In this document: piece by piece, positions 20,575 through 30,975 of the stretch | How positions within the stretch are numbered: the stretch's first letter is position 1 | How the letters are laid out: every line of letters starts with the position of its first letter | From: Candidatus Poribacteria bacterium | Lineage (GTDB): Bacteria; Poribacteria; WGA-4E; PCPOR2b | Direction of reading: 5' to 3' | DNA length: 64,000 bases | Assembly (NCBI GenBank): GCA_965198175.1 | Contig: OZ240245.1 | Span: forward strand, 3,232,001-3,296,000 | Translations under genes and position numbers: made by a program | The notes under the pieces: model-generated | Seen by the model: only the letters and a program-made list of their open reading frames with translations | Databases searched by the model: none | Told to the model about the DNA's origin: nothing

Positions 20575-20982
20575 CTACCTTGTAACACCCCGCCATTCAT
20601 CTTTTGCGCAAGTGATGTCAATGACATTGCCATCTGGATCGGCAACCTTGAAAGATCGCGTCGGAGGTGCCTCCAATTCAATCTCATCCCGCGCTTTGAC
20701 ATCATCACGCAATAGCCGGGCGCCTCTCTCCTGAAGCGTTATGTAGATGCACGCTAGATCAGCTACTATCAACCCGAAGTGTACAAACTCGGTGCCTTCC
20801 TCCTGCGGTTGACGTTCCTCACCATCATACTGTATGATAGTCATGTTGAGCGTTCCATCGGTGAGATCGACGCCCTTGCCACTCGGACGATGGTCGATAT
20901 ATTTCAAGCCGAGTGTTTCATAAAACTGACGCGACGCATCCATATCTTTCGCTCGGATTGCGATATGTCTCAATAAAGCCAT
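20575..20982 (-). CDS. VOC/glyoxalase family protein
   Basis: LRHIAI, HFGLIV and DPDGNVID motifs; ATG at 20982. Confidence 0.85.
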   Translation of the reverse strand: MALLRHIAIRAKDMDASRQFYETLGLKYIDHRPSGKGVDLTDGTLNMTIIQYDGEERQPQEEGTEFVHFGLIVADLACIYITLQERGARLLRDDVKARDEIELEAPPTRSFKVADPDGNVIDITCAKDEWRGVTR

Positions 20983-21182
20983 GTTATTCCCCTTTGCTAG
21001 GAACAACGATTCAGCTATAATCGTTCGTATCAGATGCACCAACTAGCTAGACTGAAGAGAGGGTGCATCGCCATCAATTGCAATCAACCATCTAATACTG
21101 TATTTTTGAGCGCGCCAGAACACTGTCTGATAGCGACTTTTTCCAATTCAATAAAGGCTGTCTTCATTGACTTGCTGCTCAT

Positions 21183-22874
21183 CTATAACGACTTGAGTTC
21201 GTCGAAGTAGTCCGATGCAAGCTGATGTTCTGTAGCGTGGGTCATCTGGTGACGCTGACACAAAGCAATGTAGCGGTCGATGAGTTGTGTGCGTTCCTCA
21301 GCCTCTAAATCATCACTCGTGACAATCATCGCCTTATATGCGCAGATGGACGCCTTCTCTACCCGCCCCCGAACAACATCGTCCTCTGCCAAAGCAAGCG
21401 CTTGTTCAAAATAATCGAAGGCTTTCCGTGCGAATTCTGCGTTCAGTCCTACCTCTTGCGGTGATGGGAAGCAGCCCGGATGAACTCGACGCGCTTCGGC
21501 ATTATTGTGGATCGCATTGATATAATCCAATATAGGTTGTGCTGCGCTATTGTAGTGTAATCTGACAAATTCTTCGCAGAGCACTTCGTCATCAAGGTCT
21601 GGGTTCCAAATCATCCGCCCGATAATGTAGTTCCGCAGATCGCAAAGCTCACCGGTAGTACCGTTGCCGTTTGCCTGCATGAACACACCTTTGGCATTAT
21701 TGCGCAGAAAGTAACGAACATTAGGACCAATGGCGCGCAAGTTCGGGAAGGGCAAATCATAGGCGCGGAAATTAGTGTTGTAGTTCCAGATCCAGATGTC
21801 ATCGCAGATTTTCCCCCATTCGTCCGCATCCCGGCAGAAGGCACGATTTTTCTCGCAGTTTGAATCATCTATTGGGTGCAATGTACAGCACTCAATGCTA
21901 CACAATTGGATCTGCACGTTGTGTCTCGGTCGGATGGTCTTTGGGGGTTCCCGGGTGTACCAGTAAGCGAGCGTCCCGATTTTCACGTGCGGATGCACCT
22001 TCTCGACTCTCTCCGCAACTGCGTTGACAAATCTTAGGTGAGCGCCCATTGGAGAGCCTTCACGATCGTTAATCTCTTCACACGAATCACATCGGCAGTA
22101 AGCGTCGGTGTCGGCTTGACTGACACTGATATTTTGCGCATTGGGATCGTCGTTCAACGCTTTGATTGCTGTTGAGGCGGCAATTTCAACAACCTCGAGA
22201 TTGGTAACGCATAATTGGGGACCGCCGCCGTGTGTGCGAGTATCGCGCTCGCCGTCGACCAACGCGTAATATTCTGGATGAGATGCCCCGTATTCGTTGT
22301 ACGGTACTAGCTGGTGGAATGAGTGGTTGATAAGCGATTGCCCCGTCGTGCCTCCAAGTCGATCCTCACCTGTGACGGTGTTGACCCGAAGTTTTGCGGC
22401 GAAATCAGGATGTTCCATGTTCTCCCGGTAGTAGCTCCATCGAAACGAGAACGGGGGGGTGTATGTGCGAGTCCCGCAAGGAATCTTCAGCGCAGACGCA
22501 TCAGGGACGTGGGTGTGATCGTGTGTGAGAAAGCGCACGCCGAGGCAATCTTCGAGAAATTGGTACACACCGTAAAGCGTACCGCGCGGACGACCGCCGG
22601 CGATGACCACACGATTCTTTTCGATGCTAATTCGCAGTTCTTCCTCTCCCATTGCAGAGGGATCGTCCGAACCTATGCAGACGTGACACGTCAAACCTTC
22701 AGCCGTTGAACGAATCGGAAGCTGGATACCAGTACCTCGACCAAACCACCGTTGAAATTCTTCCGCCGCATATTTTTCGGACGCGATCGCCTCATCGGCG
22801 ACCACAATATCCCAGCCGCGCATTTGGGAGCAATCTAAGTAATCCTGCGAATCCACAGGTTTTGAGGCTGACAA
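21183..22874 (-). CDS. DUF4838 domain protein (putative glycoside hydrolase, GH67/GH20-like N-domain)
   Basis: RGTLYGVY-x-FLE, HPEYYAL, QLC-x-TN, C-x-C-x-x-C and TLAY motifs. Confidence 0.75.
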   Translation of the reverse strand: MSASKPVDSQDYLDCSQMRGWDIVVADEAIASEKYAAEEFQRWFGRGTGIQLPIRSTAEGLTCHVCIGSDDPSAMGEEELRISIEKNRVVIAGGRPRGTLYGVYQFLEDCLGVRFLTHDHTHVPDASALKIPCGTRTYTPPFSFRWSYYRENMEHPDFAAKLRVNTVTGEDRLGGTTGQSLINHSFHQLVPYNEYGASHPEYYALVDGERDTRTHGGGPQLCVTNLEVVEIAASTAIKALNDDPNAQNISVSQADTDAYCRCDSCEEINDREGSPMGAHLRFVNAVAERVEKVHPHVKIGTLAYWYTREPPKTIRPRHNVQIQLCSIECCTLHPIDDSNCEKNRAFCRDADEWGKICDDIWIWNYNTNFRAYDLPFPNLRAIGPNVRYFLRNNAKGVFMQANGNGTTGELCDLRNYIIGRMIWNPDLDDEVLCEEFVRLHYNSAAQPILDYINAIHNNAEARRVHPGCFPSPQEVGLNAEFARKAFDYFEQALALAEDDVVRGRVEKASICAYKAMIVTSDDLEAEERTQLIDRYIALCQRHQMTHATEHQLASDYFDELKSL

Positions 22875-22999
22875 TTTTCTCCACCCTTTTATGTAGGCGT
22901 TTCAGATCCCGTGGTCTGAAATACTCAGAGCGAATACTTACAATGAATGTTACATCTGACCCTCCCTACTGTCGAGGTTATCTTGCTCGCGACTTCACC

Positions 23000-23404
23000 T
23001 CATTCAGCAGGACAGCTTCCAGATTCACATTTCGTGCGTCCCAAACGAGAGCGGTTCTTTGAGATAATAAGGTATATCCCTTTCAGCAGCGTCCTAATGA
23101 CGGGCACAATGTAGATCCATGTGATATAGCGATACTTGCCAATCCGTCTGTAAATCTGATATACAGCGTCTGCTCCACAATGAACCCTACCGGATCGATC
23201 AATCAACCGCATCCCCGCCATTGACTTAATTGCAACAAGCTGCGGATAAAGCCCCTGGAGATCTTGTGTCTGTCTTGGGGCATACAAAAACTGATCGCCT
23301 TGGTCTCTGTCGCGGATTCGGCGGATGCCGCTTACACAAAAATTGCACTCAGCGTCGTAGATAATCACGGGTCTAGTCGGTTTGGTAATGTGGCTTGTTG
23401 TCAT
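23000..23404 (-). CDS. DCC1/DUF393 thiol-disulfide oxidoreductase family protein
   Basis: IIYDAECNFC (DxxCxxC) and G-x-DA motifs; Y-x-x-ISKNR. Confidence 0.85.
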   Translation of the reverse strand: MTTSHITKPTRPVIIYDAECNFCVSGIRRIRDRDQGDQFLYAPRQTQDLQGLYPQLVAIKSMAGMRLIDRSGRVHCGADAVYQIYRRIGKYRYITWIYIVPVIRTLLKGIYLIISKNRSRLGRTKCESGSCPAE

Positions 23405-23435
23405 GCGGCAAAATTCTCCTTCTATATTTCACGCC

Positions 23436-25202
23436 TCACATCGCCTCAAGCGCTTCAATGCCCAATAGCGTCAGGGCTCTCTTGATGACAATAGCGGCGG
23501 CACTCACTAACGCCAGTCGAGCTTTGACCAACGCTAGTGGCTCAGCAGCAAGCACAGGGTGCTTGTGATAAAATTGATTCACAGCCTGCGCGACTGTGAA
23601 CACATGATTGCAGATACGAGCCAGGGTAAGCTCGCGTGCAGACTCCGCTACCACGTCCGGAAATTGAATTAACGCGCGAAGAAGCTCCAACTCTTCAGCG
23701 TTTCCGAGAAGCGAGAAATCCGGCTCAATGGAAGCAATGTCTCGATTTTGAGACTTTCGCAGTATGCTGGCACAGCGCGCGTAGGCGTATTGACAATAAG
23801 GACCGGTAAAGCCGTCAAACGAGATTGATTCATTCGGTTCAAAGTTGATGGAAAGTTCAGGGCGCGTGCGGAGAAGGTAGAATTTGATGGCAGCAAGCCC
23901 AATCGCGAACGCACGATTTTGGATTTCTTCATCCGACAGTGTATCTTCAGTATCACGCCGCCGAATCTCATCTTCTGCGAGTTGTCGCATCTCCTCAATC
24001 AGGTCATCGGCATCGACCACCGTTCCTTCCCGCGATTTCATCTTTCCCTCTGGCAAATTAACCATACCGTAGGAGAGATGATAGCACCCAGCCGCCCATT
24101 CAAAACCGAGCATATTGAGCAACTTGAAAAGACATTGGAAGTGGTAATCTTGCTCTGAAGCGACGACGTAGATCGAGCGGTCCGGTTGATGTTCGTCAAA
24201 CTTCAGCTGCGCTGTCCCCAAATCCTGCGTGATGTAAACGCTTGTGCCGTCGTCACGAAGCAACGTTACGACCTTCTGGCTTCCATCCTTCTCGGCACCA
24301 AACTCCTCAGTAGGAAGAGGGGCGATGACCGCACCGCTTTCAGCCACCTCGAACACCTTTTCATCCAACCCTACCTGAATGAGGTCTTTGCCGAGTGTGT
24401 AGGTGTTGGATTCGTAGTAAAAAACATCGAACACAAACCCCAGTTTCTGATAGGTTTCATCGTAGCCGTCATAAACCCACTGGTTCATCATCTCCCATAG
24501 CTTAAGTGTCTTCGGGTCGCCTGTTTCCCATTTACGAAGCATCTCGCGCACTTCTTCTTGAAGATGTGGATTCTTCTTCGCCTCTCGATCATAGCGGACG
24601 TACCAATTTCCGACGAAGTGATCGCCTTTCGTATCAGTCGATTCCGGCGTATCTCCACTCGCCCACTTCGTCCATGCTAGCATTGACTTGCATATGTGTA
24701 CCCCCCTATCATTAACAAGGTTCGCTTTAATCACCGTGTGCCCTGTCGCTTCAAGTAGGTTGGAAACCGCCATTCCGAGGACACCGTTACGGAAATGTCC
24801 CAAATGCAATGGTTTGTTGGTGTTGGGCGACAAATACTCGACCATGACTCGTCGACCATGCCCTGCCGTGGTGTTGCCAAAACCTTCTTTTTGTCGAATA
24901 TCCGAACACACATCCCCGAAAATCAGGCTGTTGCAAAGTTTAAAGTTCACATAGGGTCCAACGGCAGTCACTTCTTGAATCGACTCCCTCGGTCTAATTT
25001 CGGCTGCAATGGATTGAGCAATGTTCACGGGATTCTGGCGAAACTGTTTTGCTAGCAGGAAGCACTCGACTGCAAAATCACCGAATTCGACCTTTGGCGG
25101 ATAACTCAACCTGAGATTCTGGGGACTCTGTTCAAATACGTTACGACAAGCAGATTCTACCGCAGTTAGAATCTCAGCTCTAATATTGGCGATTGACATC
25201 AT
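23436..25202 (-). CDS. argS: Arginine--tRNA ligase
   Basis: SPNTNKPLHLGH (HIGH), KMKSREG (KMSKS-like) and GPYCQYAYAR motifs. Confidence 0.97.
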   Translation of the reverse strand: MMSIANIRAEILTAVESACRNVFEQSPQNLRLSYPPKVEFGDFAVECFLLAKQFRQNPVNIAQSIAAEIRPRESIQEVTAVGPYVNFKLCNSLIFGDVCSDIRQKEGFGNTTAGHGRRVMVEYLSPNTNKPLHLGHFRNGVLGMAVSNLLEATGHTVIKANLVNDRGVHICKSMLAWTKWASGDTPESTDTKGDHFVGNWYVRYDREAKKNPHLQEEVREMLRKWETGDPKTLKLWEMMNQWVYDGYDETYQKLGFVFDVFYYESNTYTLGKDLIQVGLDEKVFEVAESGAVIAPLPTEEFGAEKDGSQKVVTLLRDDGTSVYITQDLGTAQLKFDEHQPDRSIYVVASEQDYHFQCLFKLLNMLGFEWAAGCYHLSYGMVNLPEGKMKSREGTVVDADDLIEEMRQLAEDEIRRRDTEDTLSDEEIQNRAFAIGLAAIKFYLLRTRPELSINFEPNESISFDGFTGPYCQYAYARCASILRKSQNRDIASIEPDFSLLGNAEELELLRALIQFPDVVAESARELTLARICNHVFTVAQAVNQFYHKHPVLAAEPLALVKARLALVSAAAIVIKRALTLLGIEALEAM

Positions 25203-25675
25203 CCCTCACTTTCGCTCGTTGAACCGGAAGAAACAGGGCTTTCGTCATTGCCAAAATCGAAATCGTCGTCTTCAAGTGCATCATAATCTTCATCGTACTC
25301 ATCATATTCAACTTCAACTTCTACGTCGGGCACCTCAATGGTGAGGGCTTCACCCCAAAGGCGTTCAAGATTGTAATACTCTCGTTTCTCATCCAGAAAG
25401 ATATGAACCACAAAATGGACGTAATCCAACAAAATCCAATCTGACTTGCGCTCCCCCTCCCGATGCCAAGGGCGTGCGCCCCACTTATCCTTCAATTTCT
25501 CTAATACCGCTTCAGATATACCTTCGACCTGTATGTCTGAGATTCCGCTGCAAACCACGAAGAAATCCGTGAAGCCTGCCAGTGCTCGCAAATCAAGAAT
25601 CGAGGTATTGTGAGCCTTCCGGCTCAGCGCAGCAGCTGCGGCAGCTTGCGCCATCTCCAGTGTGTTTTCTTCCAC
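25199..25675 (-). CDS. rsfS: Ribosome silencing factor with an acidic C-terminal tail
   Basis: DFFVVCSG, WILLDY, VVHIF and REYYNLERLW motifs. Confidence 0.95.
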   Translation of the reverse strand: MEENTLEMAQAAAAAALSRKAHNTSILDLRALAGFTDFFVVCSGISDIQVEGISEAVLEKLKDKWGARPWHREGERKSDWILLDYVHFVVHIFLDEKREYYNLERLWGEALTIEVPDVEVEVEYDEYDEDYDALEDDDFDFGNDESPVSSGSTSESEG

Positions 25676-25723
25676 GTTGGCTCCTCTTTTTATGTGACTA
25701 GCAGTTTGGTGGACTCCTGGGAT

Positions 25724-26341
25724 TCATCCAGTGCCGCAGGTTTCCCGTAGCGCGCGGTTGTAGGCATTGATTGTGTTCGGGTGGATGGCAGCGCCTTTAA
25801 TAAGCAGGCGTTCAATTTTGTAACGGCTGACTTCTAACACCGCCCGGTTCAAATCTTGATACGCTAGTTTAAGCACGAGATCTGCCTCTCTATAGGTGCG
25901 CTTTGGTTCAGCAAAGTCGGCGACATACAAAATCTTGTCGATAAGCGTCATTGCGCCATTGCCGGTGGTATGGACGCGGACGGCGCTGAGAATATCAGGA
26001 TGGCTGATGTCAAAATCCTCGATTGCGAGTTCAGCCCCGATACGCGCATGCAAAACCGATGGATTAGCACGTTCAATCCCATCAAGTTGAATCCCGTAAC
26101 GCATCGCGGCTTCAAATAATTCTTCGGGACTCATCCATTTCGCGCAATCGTGTAGGAGTGCGGCGAAGTTCAACTTCTGTGGATCGGCTGCATGTCTTCT
26201 CGCCAAATCAACCGCCGTATCTCGAACAGAGAGGACGTGCGCAAAACGTTTAGGCTTGAGTTTCTCTTTGAGATATTGCTCGATTTGAACCGTCTTCGGG
26301 TGTTCGAGTCCATCTACTTCTTCGGGGACATCCTTATTCAT
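25724..26341 (-). CDS. yqeK: HD-domain Ap4A hydrolase YqeK
   Basis: R-x-x-H, LLHDCAK, HTTG and ADFAEP-x-R motifs; nadD-rsfS context. Confidence 0.9.
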   Translation of the reverse strand: MNKDVPEEVDGLEHPKTVQIEQYLKEKLKPKRFAHVLSVRDTAVDLARRHAADPQKLNFAALLHDCAKWMSPEELFEAAMRYGIQLDGIERANPSVLHARIGAELAIEDFDISHPDILSAVRVHTTGNGAMTLIDKILYVADFAEPKRTYREADLVLKLAYQDLNRAVLEVSRYKIERLLIKGAAIHPNTINAYNRALRETCGTG

Positions 26342-26585
26342 CGTTATTTTTGATTGCGTCAACCCCTTCTGCCTCTGACAGGAACTTCATGAAAGTCTCC
26401 CTCTCCTCATCCGTCATTGATTGGAGGCTGGGCAACGAAGTGCTGATTCTGTACCCCTCGTTAAACCAATTCCCTAAGTCAATTGCTTTGCAACGTGAGC
26501 TACAGAATGGAAAGTGGGGTGGAAGTTCCCCTCCCTTATCATCAAATTCGTAACTTTCGCCACAGATGCTGCATCGGAGTGTCAA
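26334..26585 (-). CDS. yacG: DNA gyrase inhibitor YacG-like zinc finger
   Basis: CSIC...FPFCSSRCKAIDLGNW-x-x-E-x-YRI. Confidence 0.88.
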   Translation of the reverse strand: MTLRCSICGESYEFDDKGGELPPHFPFCSSRCKAIDLGNWFNEGYRISTSLPSLQSMTDEERETFMKFLSEAEGVDAIKNNDE

Positions 26586-26595
26586 TCTGCATCAC

Positions 26596-27177
26596 CTAAC
26601 TGTACAGTTTATGTTGATAGATATAGTCTTCGACAGCTTTGGGCACCAAGTATCGAATCGAGCGTCCTTCTCGGATGCGTTCACGTATCTCGGAGGCCGA
26701 AATATCGAGACCGGTAATTGGAAAAATCTGGACCCGATTGTGGATGTTAGGAAGCGCTTTGTCGATACAGTAGTTAGGTCGAGTGGTTGCGATGAAATGA
26801 CAGATACCCAACAGCTCATCAAAATCCTTCCAGATTGTGAATTCAATCAGCGAGTCGGCACCAATAATCCACGAGAGTTCACAGCCTTCTCCATAGGATG
26901 CACGTAACTCCTTTATGGTCTGAATCGCGTAGGAGGCGCCAATGCGATCCAACTCAATCCGAGACACCTCGAAATCAGGATTATCCTTTATCGCCAGCCG
27001 GGTCATACGATAGCGATGTTCTGGATCGATGATGTCACGTGGTTCCTTGTGAGGCGGACGAGCAGACGGGATAAAAAGAATCTTATCGTAACCTACCCCG
27101 TCACGTACCTGCTCAGCACTCAGTAGGTGCGCGTTGTGAATGGGATTGAAAGTACCTCCCATGATAGCGATTTTCAT
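26596..27177 (-). CDS. nadD: Nicotinate-nucleotide adenylyltransferase
   Basis: GGTFNPIHNAH, PPHK, IIGADS and ISASEIR motifs. Confidence 0.96.
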   Translation of the reverse strand: MKIAIMGGTFNPIHNAHLLSAEQVRDGVGYDKILFIPSARPPHKEPRDIIDPEHRYRMTRLAIKDNPDFEVSRIELDRIGASYAIQTIKELRASYGEGCELSWIIGADSLIEFTIWKDFDELLGICHFIATTRPNYCIDKALPNIHNRVQIFPITGLDISASEIRERIREGRSIRYLVPKAVEDYIYQHKLYS

Positions 27178-27418
27178 GATGATAAGTACAGTGTTGTCGG
27201 TTCAGATACCATTCACACGAGCTCAATGATTCTTTTTCATCGCTTAACTGAGCCAAATTCTCGATTGAATTATACTTGCTAGATGAGTACATGTCAATAG
27301 GAATTCTAATCGCCGCGCTGCATTGCGCCTGGGTGAGATTGTAAGGATAGAACGTTGAATGATTGACGCCTTTGATATATCTTTTCCTGTGTTCCAATCT
27401 CGCGGTCTGGCTCGCTCC

Positions 27419-28348
27419 TCACTTTCTGGCTCTATTCGCAGATCGATTGACAATATAGATTCCAAGCATCACCAATGGTGTCCCGATACCGAGTCCGGTG
27501 GTAACGGGCTCCTTAAGGAGTAAGTAACTGAGTGCGATTCCCCAAAGCGGCGTTGTAAAAAAGAGGACAGCTACCCGGCTTGGAGGATAGTGTTTCAGCA
27601 CCAGGGTCCACGCAACGAGACAGAAGCCCGCTATCACTACGCCCTGATATAGAACCGCAAGTAATGCTGGGTAGGAAAAGCCGTAGCCGGCTTTTCCCTC
27701 GAAAATCGCGCTGAAGATGAAAAAGACCGGCACCCCAACCATCATTTGTGCTGTGAGCAGCCGATACGGGTGAATGGACTGAACGAGACGGTTTGTCAGA
27801 GTTATTAAGAGCCCAAGCTGAAAACCGCTGAACAGGGTTAGGAAATCCCCAGCGAGACGCCCTCCTGCGCCTCCGATGAGGTTATCCCAGAATACAAACA
27901 CAATCCCACTGAATGCGACGATTAATCCAGCGGTTTTCCATCGTCCCATGCGGTCTCCGGGAACAATGAAATGCGAGATGATGGCAACAAAGAACGGGTG
28001 AGTGTTAACGAAGACTACAGACCGCCCTGCGTGTGTGAGGTTTGTTCCCCAGTTCAAGCACGTAGTTTGGCTGGTAAACAGAAGACCAAATAAGAGCAAC
28101 CGCAAGAATTCGCCCGACTGCGGTCTAAGTGATACCCCTTGCGAGGTCGCCCAGCCAGCGATAAGAAGCAACCCAATCGAAAACCTTAGCCCTGCCAGAG
28201 CGAAGGGTTCAAATTCCTGTAGCCCGACTTTGATAGAAACGGAAATGCCTCCCCAAAGCAGCGCCAAGAACAGCACGAACAAGATGATCTTCATCGGGAC
28301 ATCGAATTCATCGGCTTTCTGGTTCGTTTCTGAATGCATAAAACTCAC
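27419..28348 (-). CDS. DMT/EamA family transporter
   Basis: About 10 TM segments in two EamA-like halves (LWGG...K-x-GL...P...LRF). Confidence 0.88.
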   Translation of the reverse strand: MSFMHSETNQKADEFDVPMKIILFVLFLALLWGGISVSIKVGLQEFEPFALAGLRFSIGLLLIAGWATSQGVSLRPQSGEFLRLLLFGLLFTSQTTCLNWGTNLTHAGRSVVFVNTHPFFVAIISHFIVPGDRMGRWKTAGLIVAFSGIVFVFWDNLIGGAGGRLAGDFLTLFSGFQLGLLITLTNRLVQSIHPYRLLTAQMMVGVPVFFIFSAIFEGKAGYGFSYPALLAVLYQGVVIAGFCLVAWTLVLKHYPPSRVAVLFFTTPLWGIALSYLLLKEPVTTGLGIGTPLVMLGIYIVNRSANRARK

Positions 28349-28475
28349 TTTTCATATTTTGCTTCACGATTCGGATTTATCACAAGCAAATTCAGCGCGT
28401 ATCAGCGAATCGTCCACGTACCCGATGAGTTAATTGGGAAGTTCTTCCGTCCTCAAAGTACGTCCAATGGGTTGT

Positions 28476-29111
28476 CTAATCCCGCTCGTTTGAATTGGCT
28501 AATGATGAACTATCAACCTCCGATACTTCGTCGATATGAAGTTCAATTTCAGCAAGGTTGGGAATCCACAAGATATACGCATCTTCGCCGTCATCTGGAT
28601 AATATTTCCGACGAAAGTCGGCAATCCGAAAACCAAACTGCCGATAAAGGTTCAGTGCCGCTATATTGCTGATTCGTACCTCTAAAAAGACTTTCCTTCC
28701 TCCTTGCGTCCTAATATAATCCAGAGACCTTGCGAGTAGATATTTACCAACATTTTGGCGGCGATGCGCAGGAGAGACGGCGAAGTTGGTGATATGGACA
28801 TCGTCCATAACAATCGAGAAGTTAATAAATGCAATCGGTACTCGGTCAGTGCGAGCGACGAGAAAGTGACAGTGCGGATTAGCCCGACGTGCTTCCTGCT
28901 TAAAGGCAATCTCGGGCCAAGGGAAAGTAAATGATTGACGTTCAATCTCCATCACAGTCGAGAGATCGCTTTTCGCCATATGACTAATCTGAATGTCTAA
29001 CGACGGTGGCTTTACATTTACGACTTTCAATTTTTTGGTTCCAACGTATTCCAGCGTTGATTCGCCTTGCTGCGGTTTCTTTAATACCCAACTGCTAGCT
29101 CCGTGCTTCAT
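28476..29111 (-). CDS. rimI: Ribosomal protein S18-alanine N-acetyltransferase (GNAT); start uncertain
   Basis: IE-x-x-SF-x-x-PW, HITNFAV, LEVRISN, LY-x-x-FGF and RRKYY...EDA motifs. Confidence 0.88.
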   Translation of the reverse strand: MKHGASSWVLKKPQQGESTLEYVGTKKLKVVNVKPPSLDIQISHMAKSDLSTVMEIERQSFTFPWPEIAFKQEARRANPHCHFLVARTDRVPIAFINFSIVMDDVHITNFAVSPAHRRQNVGKYLLARSLDYIRTQGGRKVFLEVRISNIAALNLYRQFGFRIADFRRKYYPDDGEDAYILWIPNLAEIELHIDEVSEVDSSSLANSNERD

Positions 29112-29169
29112 TTTTTTTGGTGTCGCAATAATTCATACGTTGTGCTACAATACCTTTTATCACACAGGG

Positions 29170-29901
29170 AAAGGAGAAAGTAACAGGTATTTTACCAATA
29201 AGAAAGAGGTAGCATTGGGCGCGTGCACAATCTTTGCTGTCATATATGTCGCCGCTTATTTCGTTGGTAAATGGTACTTTGGTAAGCCATTCATCGTGCA
29301 TGATAGGGTAGGGGCTGTGGTACTTCCTCCCCCAGACCCTCCTCTTATGGGACCCTGCCGACCATCTAGTGCTCTTAGCGGTACTTCGGCAACATCATCG
29401 GATTCGTGAGAAAGCGAACAGCCTGATGCAGTGACACCCGATACCCCACTGCCACCACCTGATGCCACAGAAAATGTCCAAAACGATAAGGAACCGAGTG
29501 ACACGTTCGACATCATGCTCCTGTCTCCCGAGGAGATGTTAACCTATCTTGAGGAAACATACACCCCTCAAGAACAGCTTGATATCCTCACGAGCGAGAC
29601 AGGGGTTCAATGGATACACAGCAAATTAGCTCCGAATTTTCCCATTATTGATGCATCTTATCTTGATGAGTGTTTTGAATTGTATCCCGTTGATTCGCCA
29701 GAACGGGCACCGTGTTTGGAGAATCGCCAACGAGAATTGTTTGCTCCTCACGTGCGCAGGCTCGGAGAAGGTATTCAAAACGTCGTCGACTTTCTAAACC
29801 AATTAAGTCCAGAGTTCCATCAAGTCGGCGTGCAGGGCGCTGGTGCGTCCATACTTCCTCCTCCTGATCCGCCTCAAGCGCGCATACGCAGTGTAGAATA
29901 A
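29170..29901 (+). pseudogene. Probable disrupted membrane-anchored Pro-rich protein (in-frame TGA at 29407-29409)
   Basis: ORFs 28993-29409 and 29431-29901 are in the same frame with one TGA between them; one TM segment and a repeated LPPPDPP; 5' boundary approximate. Confidence 0.45.
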
Positions 29902-30024
29902 AGAGCCTAAAACCGTCCGTCAAACCAAAACCCACCGCCAACCCCCAAAGCAGTCGAGAACCGTGATTCTCCACCGTCACCTGCAACGGCTTGTTGGAAT
30001 CCTAATTACGTTGAGTGATCTGCT

Positions 30025-30735
30025 TCACTCAAACTTGACATCGCTTCTCTTGTATGAACCATCACTGGCAATCTCCGTGATAATCTCTCTTCCATCCTCT
30101 AAACCACCTATTCTTGATATAACCCAGACAACATTCTTTTCTTTAGAGTAACCCGTTTGATAACCATCAAACTTAAAAACATGGATGAAATCCTCTGCAC
30201 GTCCACGTTCAGCGGGGAAAGGCACGTACTTGTGAGTCTGGTCTTTCATATGTATGAACCCATAACCGTCTATCATTCCCTCGTCAGCCATTATGATTAC
30301 CACCCAATTCTGCGAGAACAAGATGTGCCAACCGCTATACATGCCCATATCGTTGTCTATCACAAACTTTTTGTTTCCTTTCCTATCGTAAACCTCGATT
30401 TCCCTTCCATTAATTGGGGGCACATGGGCTCTGTCTGGATAGTTGCCGTTTCTGTAAATGAGGAGATATTCCGGCTGGTACGCTCTTTGGTCACAGAAAA
30501 CCTTGTCCCTGACATACCCTCTTCTGTTTTCGATTGGTGTTACGGGTCGCATATCTTCGTATGGTGTTTCAGGTTTAAGCGATAGTGTTTTGACTACCTT
30601 GTCACTTTCTCTGAAAATTACTTGGCTATCCATTACTTCAAATGTAGATTCTTCGTTGTTGCCTCCGCCGCTTAGTGTAAAAATTACTATCATTACAACC
30701 GTTGTAAAAGCCAGAATTATCAATCGTATGTGCAA
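30025..30735 (-). CDS. Hypothetical exported/membrane-anchored protein, visibly AT-richer than its neighbours
   Basis: 236-aa ORF with a strong AGGAGG RBS and N-terminal hydrophobic helix; no family recognised. Confidence 0.6.
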   Translation of the reverse strand: MHIRLIILAFTTVVMIVIFTLSGGGNNEESTFEVMDSQVIFRESDKVVKTLSLKPETPYEDMRPVTPIENRRGYVRDKVFCDQRAYQPEYLLIYRNGNYPDRAHVPPINGREIEVYDRKGNKKFVIDNDMGMYSGWHILFSQNWVVIIMADEGMIDGYGFIHMKDQTHKYVPFPAERGRAEDFIHVFKFDGYQTGYSKEKNVVWVISRIGGLEDGREIITEIASDGSYKRSDVKFE

Positions 30736-30975
30736 ATTTCTCCTCCTTCTAACTGGTAGTTAGAAGGATAAAATTCTGTCTAACCCTATATCCTCGTGCT
30801 TTACTATACTAAAAAGCGGAAAACAATAGATTTGCCTTCAGTCCGCCTGTTGAGGCGATTCTCCTTGCGTTTTCTGAGCGCAACTGCGACAACCGGGATC
30901 TTATTGCTATCGTTGTTTTTGTGATGGGACTCCCGTGCGCCCAAGAGGGCGTAGGGTAGGCTCGACTCGACTAGT

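Noticed and set aside
29407..29409. In-frame TGA as a second selenocysteine codon
   Set aside because: It lies in a Ser/Pro-rich linker with no redox motif and no evident downstream hairpin; a nonsense mutation or sequencing error is more likely.
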